Source of the DNA: Deltaproteobacteria bacterium
GTDB taxonomy: Bacteria > Myxococcota_A > Polyangia > Fen-1088
Assembly: GCA_033763315.1 (NCBI GenBank)
Contig: JANRKS010000032.1
Location: 160,001-224,000 of the forward strand
Direction: 5' to 3'
Length of the DNA: 64,000 nt
In this document: one piece after another, positions 39,840 through 49,216 of the stretch
Position numbering within the stretch: position 1 is the first letter of the stretch
Layout of the letters: each line of letters starts with the position of its first letter
Made by a program: the position numbers and the translations under genes
Notes under the pieces: model-generated
What the model was told of the DNA's origin: nothing
What the model saw: only the letters and a program-made list of their open reading frames with translations
Database searches by the model: none

Positions 39840-39943
39840 GCGGCCAGCGCAGGAACGCTACCGAACGAACCTAATGTTTCGCCCGAAGCACAAACGGCAT
39901 CTTCCGTTTGCCGCTCGCGTCACAGCTTCGTTTCGAGATTGCC

Positions 39944-40759
39944 ATGGACCTTCCTGCGTCCGCAACACACATGCCTTCAGCAAACCTGAAACCTAACGCG
40001 CGTCTTTCGGGGCGCCGCGTGTTGGTCATTGAAGACGAACCCGACATCCGTGATCTGCTGACCTACAACCTGCAAAGCGCCGGTTATGAGGTCAAATCCG
40101 CTGACAGCGGCGAAGGGGGGCTTGAGCTCTACGAGGCCTTCGATCCGCAAGTCATCTTGCTGGATCTGATGCTCAATGGCCTGCAGGGCACCGAGGTGTG
40201 CCGCCGCATCCGCGCCCAGAAGCAAGAGGCGCAGCCCGCGATCATCATGCTCACCGCGAAAGGTGATGAGATAGACCGGGTGGTGGGCTTTGAGCTTGGC
40301 GCCGATGACTACGTCGTAAAGCCGTTTTCCATGCGTGAGCTCTTGTTGCGCGTGAATGCCATGTTCCGCCCGCGCGGTGCCGGTGGTGCCGCTGCCTCTG
40401 GTGAGACGCCAGCCGTGGCCGACGACGATGGCGCCGCCAAACCACGCCGCCGCTTGGTGGTTGGCAACCTCCAGGTGGATGTGGATGGTCATCACGCGTT
40501 CGTTGATGGCACCGAGATCCACGTCAGCATCTTGGAGATGCGCCTGCTGATCTATTTGATGGAATCCAAGGGCCGGGTGCGTTCGCGCGAAGAGCTGCTG
40601 GGCGACGTGTGGGGCTATAAGCCTGGGGTCTCAACGCGGACCGTGGACACCCACGTCAAACGCCTGCGTGACAAGTTGGATTCGGCTGGCTCGCTTATCG
40701 AGACTGTGCGCGGCATGGGTTACCGCTTTGCGGAAGTCCCCCGAACCGAAACGACTTAG
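39944..40759 (+). CDS. PhoB-like OmpR-family response regulator
   Basis: VIEDE, LLDLML, MLTAKGDEIDRVVGFELGADDY, RTVDTHVKRLRDKL, IETVRGMGYRF; start uncertain. Confidence 0.85.
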   Translation: MDLPASATHMPSANLKPNARLSGRRVLVIEDEPDIRDLLTYNLQSAGYEVKSADSGEGGLELYEAFDPQVILLDLMLNGLQGTEVCRRIRAQKQEAQPAIIMLTAKGDEIDRVVGFELGADDYVVKPFSMRELLLRVNAMFRPRGAGGAAASGETPAVADDDGAAKPRRRLVVGNLQVDVDGHHAFVDGTEIHVSILEMRLLIYLMESKGRVRSREELLGDVWGYKPGVSTRTVDTHVKRLRDKLDSAGSLIETVRGMGYRFAEVPRTETT

Positions 40760-40764
40760 GCGTT

Positions 40765-40814
40765 CGTTCACAGAGCTGTAACATGGTGTTGCAGAACTGA
40801 CACCAAGTCGCGAC
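40765..40814 (+). promoter_or_regulatory. Pho-box-like array upstream of the tonB operon
   Basis: TTCAC 40767, (CT)GTAAC 40778, GTTGC 40788, GACAC 40799, GCGAC 40810 (10-11-bp period). Confidence 0.5.
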
Positions 40815-40867
40815 GAAAAACACGCATCGAGGGCGGTAATACCGGGGCCAGCAAGCGACTCGATGCC

Positions 40868-41614
40868 ATGTTTGAGGATTTCGACAAATCACAAAAGCCA
40901 GCGGAGGGACGGGGACGCCTTTTAGGCTCTTACCTCGTCTCTGCCGGCATCATCGTGGGCGTGGCCGCCACTTTGGCCGCAACCATTGCCACCGCCACCG
41001 TGATCGTTAAGAAGCGGCGCGACGTGGAGGTTTCGTTTGCGGATCTGCCGCCCCCGCCGCCGCCCAAGCCCAAGGTAAAGAAGAAAGCGACGCCTGGGGC
41101 CCGCAAGCTGGCCGTGCGCCAAAAGTTGGCGGCACCGAAGGAAATCCCGGCTGAGCAACCCTCTGAGGCGGAGGGCCAACTGGCGGTGGCTGACGACACG
41201 GGACCCGTGGAAGGTTTCGTCGCGGGCACCGCCGGCGATGGCGATGGCGGCGAGGTGGCAAAGCCCCCCGAAGCCCCGCCACCCCCCGCCCCGCCCGCGC
41301 CCGAAGCCCCGCCCGAAGACCAAGAAGTGGAGCGCATCACGGCGCCGCAGTTCTTGTCTGGTTGCCGCACGCCCGAGATCCCCGACGACATCGTCACCAC
41401 GGCAGCCACCATCCAAATCGAAGTGCGCATGTTGATCGGCCCCGACGGTCGCGTGGCCGACGCCAAGATCATCAAGTCACATCCGCTGATCCCAGACGAC
41501 CTAATTCTTCGCTGCGCACGTGCGCAAGTGTTCGAACCCGCTCACCTCCCCGAAGGGCTGGCGGTTCCCTATCCATTTCGACGGCGATTCACCTTTAAGC
41601 CATCGGGGGCTTAG
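40868..41614 (+). CDS. tonB: energy transducer TonB
   Basis: Single N-terminal TM, Pro/Lys-rich linker, C-terminal IGPDGRV...FEPA...F.F domain. Confidence 0.82.
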   Translation: MFEDFDKSQKPAEGRGRLLGSYLVSAGIIVGVAATLAATIATATVIVKKRRDVEVSFADLPPPPPPKPKVKKKATPGARKLAVRQKLAAPKEIPAEQPSEAEGQLAVADDTGPVEGFVAGTAGDGDGGEVAKPPEAPPPPAPPAPEAPPEDQEVERITAPQFLSGCRTPEIPDDIVTTAATIQIEVRMLIGPDGRVADAKIIKSHPLIPDDLILRCARAQVFEPAHLPEGLAVPYPFRRRFTFKPSGA

Positions 41615-41645
41615 TGGTGTTGGTGTTTTTTAAGGAGCAAGGTAC

Positions 41646-42407
41646 ATGAACTTCAACGTAATCGAATTGTGGCACGGCATGAATGGCTTGGTCCGGACCG
41701 TTGTGACGGTTCTAACCATCCAAGGTCTCGCAACTTTGGCGGTCTCGGTAGATCGCTTGATGTTGTTGATCATGTCGAACTGGCGCGGGCGCAAATTCGC
41801 ACGCAAAGCGGGCCCCGTGTTGGCGCGCGGCGATCTGCAAGGCGCACTGGTGGTGGCTCGCGAAGACAAGCACAGCCATCTGGCGGCTTTCATTCGCACC
41901 GGCGTTGAAACCTTCATTGCCAAACGCAAAGGCGGGTTGGATCACGCGAAGGCCGCAGAGTTGGCGGCGCGTGCGCTTGAGCGCAAAGCCGACAGCTTGG
42001 GCGATTCGCTCAACAAGGGCATGAGCATCTTGGCCTCCACGGGTTCTACGGCACCGTTTATCGGCCTTTTGGGCACAGTTTTGGGCATCTTGAACGCGTT
42101 CAAGTTGGTGGGCCAAAACGGCTCGGGCGGCATGGGCACAATTGGTGTGGCGATTGCTGAAGCCTTGGTTGTGACGGGTTACGGTTTGATGGTCGCGATT
42201 CCCTCGGTGCTTTTGTTCAACGCGATCTCAACGCGGCTTGGAAAGTACGAGTCGGGCTTGAACCACGCCCGCCAAGAGTTGGTGGATCTGCTTGCCGGCA
42301 GCCCACACGACCTGATCATCGAGCCGGTGATGAAAGACAGCCAATCGGCGCGCACGAGCGGGACCACGAAGTCTGTGTCCCACAACGTGGCGGCGTCGCC
42401 AGCCTAG
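41646..42407 (+). CDS. exbB: ExbB/MotA/TolQ proton channel
   Basis: GSTAPFIGLLGTV.GI, IAEALV.T..GL.VAIP. Confidence 0.92.
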   Translation: MNFNVIELWHGMNGLVRTVVTVLTIQGLATLAVSVDRLMLLIMSNWRGRKFARKAGPVLARGDLQGALVVAREDKHSHLAAFIRTGVETFIAKRKGGLDHAKAAELAARALERKADSLGDSLNKGMSILASTGSTAPFIGLLGTVLGILNAFKLVGQNGSGGMGTIGVAIAEALVVTGYGLMVAIPSVLLFNAISTRLGKYESGLNHARQELVDLLAGSPHDLIIEPVMKDSQSARTSGTTKSVSHNVAASPA

Positions 42408-42443
42408 TGTCTTCGCTCTTCTATTGTTGAAAGGAACGTTACG

Positions 42444-42890
42444 ATGGCTTGGCTACCACCTTCATCCGTTAAAAAACCAAAACCGCGTCCCGTAATGAAC
42501 GTGACGCCGCTGGTGGACGTTGTGTTGGTGTTGCTGATCATCTTCATGGTGGTCATTCCCGCGATGGACGACAGCTTGAACATCGTGGTGCCAGGCATCG
42601 TGAACGTGGATGAGAAGAAGGAAGATAAGGAAAAGCCCTTCGTGCTTTCGGTCACCGACAGCGGCGAGATGCACCTCGAAGACGAAATTGTGCCGAGCAA
42701 GGATTTGGAAAAATTCTTGCGCGACGCAAGCCGCCGCGAGCCGGGCCGCAAGCTTGTGCTTCGTGGTGACAAGTCCGTTCCTTATGGCCTCATGAGGCAG
42801 ATCTACCGGTCGGTGCAGGGCGTGGGATTTCCAGGCGTATCTTTGCGAGTGAGCCCACGCAAGGGTGAAGAAGTTCAAGCTCAAAACTAG
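42444..42890 (+). CDS. exbD: ExbD/TolR biopolymer transport protein
   Basis: MNVTPLVDVVLVLLIIFMV, LRGDKSVPYG. Confidence 0.92.
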   Translation: MAWLPPSSVKKPKPRPVMNVTPLVDVVLVLLIIFMVVIPAMDDSLNIVVPGIVNVDEKKEDKEKPFVLSVTDSGEMHLEDEIVPSKDLEKFLRDASRREPGRKLVLRGDKSVPYGLMRQIYRSVQGVGFPGVSLRVSPRKGEEVQAQN

Positions 42891-42905
42891 TTAGGAACAA
42901 GCACC

Positions 42906-43349
42906 ATGGGAATGGACGTAGAAGTTGGCGATAAAGGCGGCAAAAAAGGCCGCGCCAAACACCGCCCCGAAATGAACGTGACACCCCTTGTAGACGTGGT
43001 GTTGGTTCTGTTGATCATTTTCATGGTGCTGACCGCGGCGCTCAACGAGCATTTTTGGTTGAACGTGCCCGAGAAAAACAAAGACGACGTTGTCGAGCAA
43101 GATGACGATGCTGAGCAACCGATCGTTGTGTCGGTGAACGCGCAAGGCCGCATTCAAATCAACCGCGATGTTTATCCCGATAACGAATTCGCTGCGCGCC
43201 TGCGCCGCATGCTGGTTGCCCGCGGCGATCGCCGCGTTTACTTCGACGCTCAAGACCGGGTTCCCTTTGCCCGCGCCGTTCAAGTTCTGGACTTGGCGCG
43301 CGGCGGGGGCGCCGCCCATATCGCGGTTGTGACGGAGAAGCTCGAATAA
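42906..43349 (+). CDS. exbD: ExbD/TolR biopolymer transport protein (second copy)
   Basis: MNVTPLVDVVLVLLIIFMV motif. Confidence 0.92.
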   Translation: MGMDVEVGDKGGKKGRAKHRPEMNVTPLVDVVLVLLIIFMVLTAALNEHFWLNVPEKNKDDVVEQDDDAEQPIVVSVNAQGRIQINRDVYPDNEFAARLRRMLVARGDRRVYFDAQDRVPFARAVQVLDLARGGGAAHIAVVTEKLE

Positions 43350-43393
43350 ACCATCCGCCCGCGCCCCCCACCTAACCCAACACCACCCATCCA

Positions 43394-46387
43394 ATGATTC
43401 GAAGACTATTGCCCTTCGTGGGCGGAGCCCTGCCCATAACCGTGTGTGCGGTGCTCGCACTTCCCGCTTTCGCGCAAGATGAGCCGCTGCCTGATGTGCA
43501 GGCCGACGCTGGCGTCGTTGATGGCGGTGACGTTGATGGTGGCGACCTTGATGGCGGCGTGGTGGCCACGCCTGTGCCGGTGGTGGCCCCCGTTGTGGCC
43601 GCGCCTGCGCCTGTGGTGCCGCAGAAGCAAGTGCTTGAGCCCGGGGCCGACACGGACACGGGCGTGAAGGGCCACGTCTACGACGCGAAAACAAAGCAGC
43701 CGATGGCGGTGGCGCCGGTGCTGGTGAAAGGCGGCGGCAAAACGCGCACCACGATGACGGATGAGCAGGGCGGTTACCGCCTGTATCTGCCGCCCGGCAC
43801 TTACAGCGTGATGTCGTATTACGATCTCTATCACGGCGCGCGCATCAAAGGCGCCAAGGTCAACCGCGGCAAGCTGCTGAACTTGAACTTGATGTTGTTC
43901 CCTCTCGATGAAAACGAGGAGGTATCGATTCAAGAATTCGAGATCGCGTATAGGGCGGATACGACAAGCGCGGCGGCACAAGATCAATTGAGGTTGGCGA
44001 GCTCAAGCATCGGCGAAGGCTTCGGCGCCAAGCAAATGTCGCAAGTGGGCGCAAGCGATGCAGGTGGTGCGGCGGCGAGGGTGGTGGGCGTGCAGGTGGA
44101 AGACAACCAGCTTGTTGTGCGCGGGTTGGGTGGAAGGTACACGCGCGTGCTTCTCAACGGCGTGCCTGTGCCGAGTACGGATCCGGATTTGCCAGGGGCT
44201 GACCTGGATCTGTTTCCGACGCACGTCATCGACAGCTTGAACATATCGAAGACCTTCCTGCCGAACAGCCCGGCAGATTTCGCTGGCGGCTTGATGGAGA
44301 TCAAAAGCGTCACTTTTCCCCGGAAATTCACGTTCGAGATTGGTCTTTCGACCGGCGCCAACAGTCAATCCACGTTTCGCGACAACTTGACCTACAAAGG
44401 CGGGAAGTACGATTTCCTTGGTTACGATGACGGGAGTCGCAGCCTGCCCTCGGCGATTCCGCCAGCGGAGCCAGTTACCATTTCTCGCACGGGTAGGTAT
44501 CAGTCCTTTGACTCGATCTACGAGGCGACTCGTGCCTTCTCGAACCGTTGGCAGTACAGCTATACAACGGGGCTTCCAAAAATTGGAATTTCGTCAACTC
44601 TCGGTGCGTCTAGAAAGTTCGGAGATCGCAGCCGTGTTGGGTACCTTGTAACTGCAAGCTACGACTATGAGATGCTTCGGAAGATCGGTATCGCACGTCC
44701 TCGTCCGGTCTCGACGTCCGATGGCTCGCTGATGGTTCTCAACGACTACAAGCTTGAATCGGGGACCGAAGAGGTTGCGATGAATGCCTTTGGGACGGCA
44801 AGCGTTGACCTAGGACCTGATCATTCGTTGACACTCGTTTCGCTTTTTAATCGTAGCGCGTCCGACGAAACACAGTTGCAACGAGGTATCAACGGCGAGC
44901 TGGGCAACGACGCCCTATTTGAGAAATGGCAGTTACAGTTTCTGGCACGCTCGCTATGGTTCAACCAGTTCTTCGGCGACCACCGCAACCTCGCGGGCAC
45001 TCGCCTAAGGTTGAGATGGACAGCTTTTCAGTCCAGCGGTCGTCGTGAAGAGCCAGATCGGCGTACCATCGCGTACGGCCCTGAAGGCGGCTCCTCCCGC
45101 TGGCTCACGCGCTCCGGATCTGGCGAAAGGTTCTACAGCAACCTTGAACAAAACGACATCGGGTTGACGACTTCCTTGCGTTTTCCCCTTTGGTCACAGG
45201 CGTGGGGAACCTTAGGCGTGTGGGGCCAGCGGACGGGCCGAGACTTTGACAACCGCCGCTTCCGTATGCTTCGCGCGACAGAGAACGGCGTACCTGCTGA
45301 AGCGTTCTCGGCACCTATCGAAGAGATATTCGGTCCCACAGGTGTTGGAAGGCTCTCGCGCATCGGTGAGTTTACGCGTGATGACGACAGCTACCGCGCC
45401 AAGCAGGTTTTATACGCGGCCTACGGTATGGCTGAGACGCCGCTCATCGGGAGGTTGTCACTTGCAGGAGGTGTGAGGACCGAGGTGTTTCAACAGGAGG
45501 TTGAGTCCTTCAACGTATTCAAAGCCCAAGCCGCGGCGATGCCGGGCGATCAGATGCGGACGGATCGAACGGACACCGATTATCTGCCGGGCGCTAACCT
45601 AAAGTACGAGCTTACGAAGGACATGCTCCTGAGAGCTGCCTACGGTGTAACAGTTTCTAGACCGCAGGCGCGTGAGTTGGCACCTTTCCAATATTACGAT
45701 TTCGTTCGCGACAGAAACATCGTCGGGAATCCAAACCTGAGTCGCACCTTGATTCAGAACGCTGACTTGCGCTGGGAGTGGTTTATTGGAGAAGGCGAGG
45801 TCCTCGCCTTGTCGACCTTCTATAAGAAGTTCGACAAGCCCATCGAGCTGGTCATCAGCAATCCCAACTACGATAGCCAGTTCAGAAACGCCAAAGGTGC
45901 AACCAACATCGGCGTTGAAGGCGAGGCTCGACTAAGCCTCAAGCGGCTGGCGAACGCGCTCAAGCGATTCTCCTTGGATGGCAACTTCGCTTTGGTGCAA
46001 TCCAAGATCGAGATCAATCCCGAAGATGCGGGGGCGGTTGCCGCGAATAGGCCCTTGTACGGTCAGGCGCCCTACGTCATCAACTTGGCGCTTCGTTTTC
46101 ACGAACCTGACACACAGTTCAGTGCTTCTGTCGTCTACAACGTGGTGGGTCCTCGGTTGTCGGATGTTGGTGTTCGCTCCGGTGACCTGATCCTTCCGAA
46201 CATTGACGAACAAGCGTTTCACTCACTTGATCTCATATCCAGCATCGGCGTGGGAAAGCACTTAAAGATCAAGGCTCGAGCTCGAAATCTTTTGTTCCAG
46301 ACGATTCGCCTAAAACAAGGCAGTTTTCTCACGCAGCGAATTGAACCCGGACTCACGGTCAGCGTAGGACTTTCTTACGAGTACTAA
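43394..46387 (+). CDS. TonB-dependent receptor with N-terminal carboxypeptidase-regulatory-like domain
   Basis: Signal peptide AFA|Q; VRGLGGRY plug motif; DLFP; GNPNL; C-terminal GLSYEY. Confidence 0.93.
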   Translation: MIRRLLPFVGGALPITVCAVLALPAFAQDEPLPDVQADAGVVDGGDVDGGDLDGGVVATPVPVVAPVVAAPAPVVPQKQVLEPGADTDTGVKGHVYDAKTKQPMAVAPVLVKGGGKTRTTMTDEQGGYRLYLPPGTYSVMSYYDLYHGARIKGAKVNRGKLLNLNLMLFPLDENEEVSIQEFEIAYRADTTSAAAQDQLRLASSSIGEGFGAKQMSQVGASDAGGAAARVVGVQVEDNQLVVRGLGGRYTRVLLNGVPVPSTDPDLPGADLDLFPTHVIDSLNISKTFLPNSPADFAGGLMEIKSVTFPRKFTFEIGLSTGANSQSTFRDNLTYKGGKYDFLGYDDGSRSLPSAIPPAEPVTISRTGRYQSFDSIYEATRAFSNRWQYSYTTGLPKIGISSTLGASRKFGDRSRVGYLVTASYDYEMLRKIGIARPRPVSTSDGSLMVLNDYKLESGTEEVAMNAFGTASVDLGPDHSLTLVSLFNRSASDETQLQRGINGELGNDALFEKWQLQFLARSLWFNQFFGDHRNLAGTRLRLRWTAFQSSGRREEPDRRTIAYGPEGGSSRWLTRSGSGERFYSNLEQNDIGLTTSLRFPLWSQAWGTLGVWGQRTGRDFDNRRFRMLRATENGVPAEAFSAPIEEIFGPTGVGRLSRIGEFTRDDDSYRAKQVLYAAYGMAETPLIGRLSLAGGVRTEVFQQEVESFNVFKAQAAAMPGDQMRTDRTDTDYLPGANLKYELTKDMLLRAAYGVTVSRPQARELAPFQYYDFVRDRNIVGNPNLSRTLIQNADLRWEWFIGEGEVLALSTFYKKFDKPIELVISNPNYDSQFRNAKGATNIGVEGEARLSLKRLANALKRFSLDGNFALVQSKIEINPEDAGAVAANRPLYGQAPYVINLALRFHEPDTQFSASVVYNVVGPRLSDVGVRSGDLILPNIDEQAFHSLDLISSIGVGKHLKIKARARNLLFQTIRLKQGSFLTQRIEPGLTVSVGLSYEY
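43505..43564 (+). repeat. 15-bp coding tandem repeat (DAGVV/DGGDV/DGGDL/DGGVV)
   Basis: Four degenerate 15-nt units. Confidence 0.7.
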
Positions 46388-46440
46388 CTGATCTGCAAGA
46401 TTGAAGAAACCAAGGAAGATAGTTTAAGGAGACTTTTAGA

Positions 46441-47904
46441 ATGGCGAAAAAATTGCTCGCGAAATATTTTGTTGCTGGCGCGTTGGTCGCCGGCCTGGCA
46501 GCAGGCTGTGACGACGACGAGCCTGAAGTTGTGACGGATGCAGCAGCCACAGACGGCGGTGGCGGCAGCAACGCTGACGGTGGTGTGGTGCCAGGCACCG
46601 ACTCAGGTTCAGACGTTGCCAGTCCTGCATGCCCTGCTGAAACCGCTGTTACCGGCGACATCACAGCTAACACAACGTGGGCTTGCCCTTCATACTCCCT
46701 CAAGAAACTGATCTACGTTACAAACGGCGCGACGCTGACCATCAAGGAAGGCGTCAAGATCACCGCCGACACCACCGTGTCGAATCCTGTGCCCGGTCTG
46801 ATCGTCAGCCGCGGGTCCAAGCTCATGGCAAAGGGCACCGCCGCGAAGCCGATCTTGTTCACATCAGAGAACCCAGTCGGTGCGCGCGCCGCGGGCAACA
46901 TCGCAGGCTTGGCCCTGTTGGGCAGCGCGACGATCAATCAAGGTACCTGCAGCACTGGTGGAGCGGCCGGCTGTGCGGCGCCTGGCTTCCTTCAGAACAA
47001 CTTCGAGGGGATCAATGGTGAACCTCGGGCGATCTATGGCGGAACTGACGACGCCAGCAGCTGCGGCGAGCTTGAATACGTGCGCATCGAATTCGCTGGT
47101 GCTGAGCTTCAGCCTGGCAAGGAACTCAATGGCCTCTCCGTTGCTGGCTGTGGTTCGGGCACCAAGCTCAGCTACATCCAAGTCCACCGTGGCAAGGATG
47201 ACGGCGTTGAGTTCTTCGGCGGCACGGCCAGCATCGATCACGTGGTTATCACGGGCGAGGAAGATGACGCTCTTGACTGGGACTTGGGATGGCGCGGCCG
47301 CGCGCAGTTCGTAGTGATTCAGAAGTGGGTAGGTTTCGGCGACAACGGCTTCGAATCGAACAATGCCACGGACTTTGGTGAAACCTTGGCTCCTCGCTCG
47401 GCACCTCAGCTTTACAACGTCACTCTGGTCGGAACGCCGACCACACGTGCGATGCTTCTGCGTCAGGGTACACGGGGCATCATGAAGAACTTCATCGTTC
47501 AAGGTTTCGGAAAGAACGTTGACGTCCAGTGGAAGGACGCAGCAAACGTTCCGACCACGGAATGGCCCGCCCAATTGAGTGTCGAGAACAGCGTGTTCTT
47601 CGGCAACGTAGACTGGGCTCCAGAAACCAGTGCTGACGCCATGGCCGCCGACTACAACGACGACTTTGGCTTCGATGAGAAGGCGGCTTTTTCGGACGCG
47701 GCTCGCAAGAATCAGTTTGCGGTTGATCCGCAACTCACCGCTGTAGTGGAGACTGCACCGAACTTCACTCCGAAGAACCCCGCCTTGGCAAACCAAGCTG
47801 TGCCTCCAGCGGGATTCGATGCAACAGCAAACTACGCTGGCGCCATCGCTCCTAACGCAGCGACGAGCTGGCTTGACGGCTGGACTGCGTTCCCGAAGAA
47901 CTAA
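46441..47904 (+). CDS. TBDR-associated beta-helix-like lipoprotein
   Basis: AAGC lipobox; GTAAKPILFTS, YVRIEFAG, ELNGL, DDGVEFFGG, DDALDWDLGWRG; AAGGAG SD. Confidence 0.85.
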   Translation: MAKKLLAKYFVAGALVAGLAAGCDDDEPEVVTDAAATDGGGGSNADGGVVPGTDSGSDVASPACPAETAVTGDITANTTWACPSYSLKKLIYVTNGATLTIKEGVKITADTTVSNPVPGLIVSRGSKLMAKGTAAKPILFTSENPVGARAAGNIAGLALLGSATINQGTCSTGGAAGCAAPGFLQNNFEGINGEPRAIYGGTDDASSCGELEYVRIEFAGAELQPGKELNGLSVAGCGSGTKLSYIQVHRGKDDGVEFFGGTASIDHVVITGEEDDALDWDLGWRGRAQFVVIQKWVGFGDNGFESNNATDFGETLAPRSAPQLYNVTLVGTPTTRAMLLRQGTRGIMKNFIVQGFGKNVDVQWKDAANVPTTEWPAQLSVENSVFFGNVDWAPETSADAMAADYNDDFGFDEKAAFSDAARKNQFAVDPQLTAVVETAPNFTPKNPALANQAVPPAGFDATANYAGAIAPNAATSWLDGWTAFPKN

Positions 47905-47918
47905 ACTTCGCCATAGAC

Positions 47919-47959
47919 CAAAAACGGCTCAGTCGGCACACGCCGGCTGAGCCGTTTTG
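47919..47959 (+). terminator. rho-independent terminator (likely bidirectional)
   Basis: AAAACGGCTCAGTCGGC-ACAC-GCCGGCTGAGCCGTTTT right after the lipoprotein stop. Confidence 0.85.
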
Positions 47960-48243
47960 CATTTGGAGCCCAGCAGGGCGCCCACTCTCCCACGTCAGAG
48001 CGCATGAAGACCTGAGAATCATCGCAGATTTGGAGTTGTGCAGTGTCGACAACGACCGTCTTGCACAGCTTTGCACATTCAAGGTTTGAGTACCTTTGTT
48101 CGGCCGTTCGTGCGTAAATTTTTGCCTGAAAACCTGGCAAAGTCTTTCCTGCCAGACGACTCAGTACCTCTGTTACTTCAACTCTCACGAGGCGCGTGAC
48201 GGTCACGTCGCCTGATCAACTTTAGAAGAACGGAGAACGAGAA

Positions 48244-48939
48244 ATGAAACTCAGATTCGGCATTATTCAACTGCTTCTAGCTATTGCCGTGATTGGCCAA
48301 AGTGAATTTGCATTCGCCCAGCAAGCATACCCACCTGGTGGCGCGTTCTCCGCCTCTGGTGTCACGGTGGCTATCGGCAAGATTTATCAAAGGGCAGGAT
48401 CCGTGCATGTTGGCACCGGCGTTCTTTACGTTTCGAATGCCAACCCCAGCAATTGCGTGTATGTAAGCGGCGCCGGGGCTGTTTACGGGTCTTCGTACAA
48501 TGACGTAATCTATGTGGACACGGGATCAGGCATCGACCTCAATGGCAATTGTCCGTACTTTAGCGGTGGCCGACCACAACTCTCTGTCCAGTTGCAAATT
48601 TACGGCCAGAGCGGTAACGACGACATCTACGGTGGCCTCGATGCCGGGAGAATAGAAGGAGGCAATGGCGACGACCGAATCCAGACGATGGGCACCGGTT
48701 ACGTATACATCGACGGCGGAAGCGGCAACGACCGAATCCGCTCGTTAGGAGTGTGCACAAATGCGGTTTGGAATTGCCCCCAACTTTGGGGCTCGGCTGA
48801 CAATGATTGCCTTGAGGCTCGCTCTAATGCGTATGTCAACGGCAATGGCGGCAGTAACATCTGCTACCTGGAGCCAGGCGCAACGATCCAATCGTACAAT
48901 TGCACTTCATGGGGGCCGGAAGCCATTTGTGAGTGGTAG
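48244..48939 (+). CDS. secreted protein with RTX-like Ca-binding GGxGxD repeats
   Basis: Signal peptide AFA|Q; GQSGND, GGNGDD, GGSGND; GGAG SD. Confidence 0.75.
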   Translation: MKLRFGIIQLLLAIAVIGQSEFAFAQQAYPPGGAFSASGVTVAIGKIYQRAGSVHVGTGVLYVSNANPSNCVYVSGAGAVYGSSYNDVIYVDTGSGIDLNGNCPYFSGGRPQLSVQLQIYGQSGNDDIYGGLDAGRIEGGNGDDRIQTMGTGYVYIDGGSGNDRIRSLGVCTNAVWNCPQLWGSADNDCLEARSNAYVNGNGGSNICYLEPGATIQSYNCTSWGPEAICEW

Positions 48940-49216
48940 CCCCAGCGCATGGGTTTGAGGCCGCGATTTTGAGCGGCGGCATTGGCCAACGCGAGCGGTA
49001 ACCATCGCCATGATGGGCGGTCGCCAAGTCATCGCGGGTGTTGGGCTGGCGGCGTGCAGGCGAAATGGATGTCAACAGTCGCCGTGCATGCCGCCGTTAT
49101 GTCTTTCAATGTTGTGCTTAGCCGTTTGACTGGCCTGAGAGGCGCTTGACGGGAGGGCTACTTCACTACGACGTTAAGCATGAACTCCCCCAGGGTCTGT
49201 ACATTGGTAGTCTGAC

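Noticed and set aside
48136-48152. TGGCA...-type sigma-54 promoter candidates (also near 7206 and 29620)
   Set aside because: GG-N10-GC spacing is not satisfied.
47901-48206. 101-aa minus-strand ORF
   Set aside because: Runs through the terminator and regulatory region, with no SD or motifs.
48940-49216. 276-bp gap between convergent genes as a gene remnant or sRNA
   Set aside because: No convincing promoter spacing, ORF or stable structure seen.
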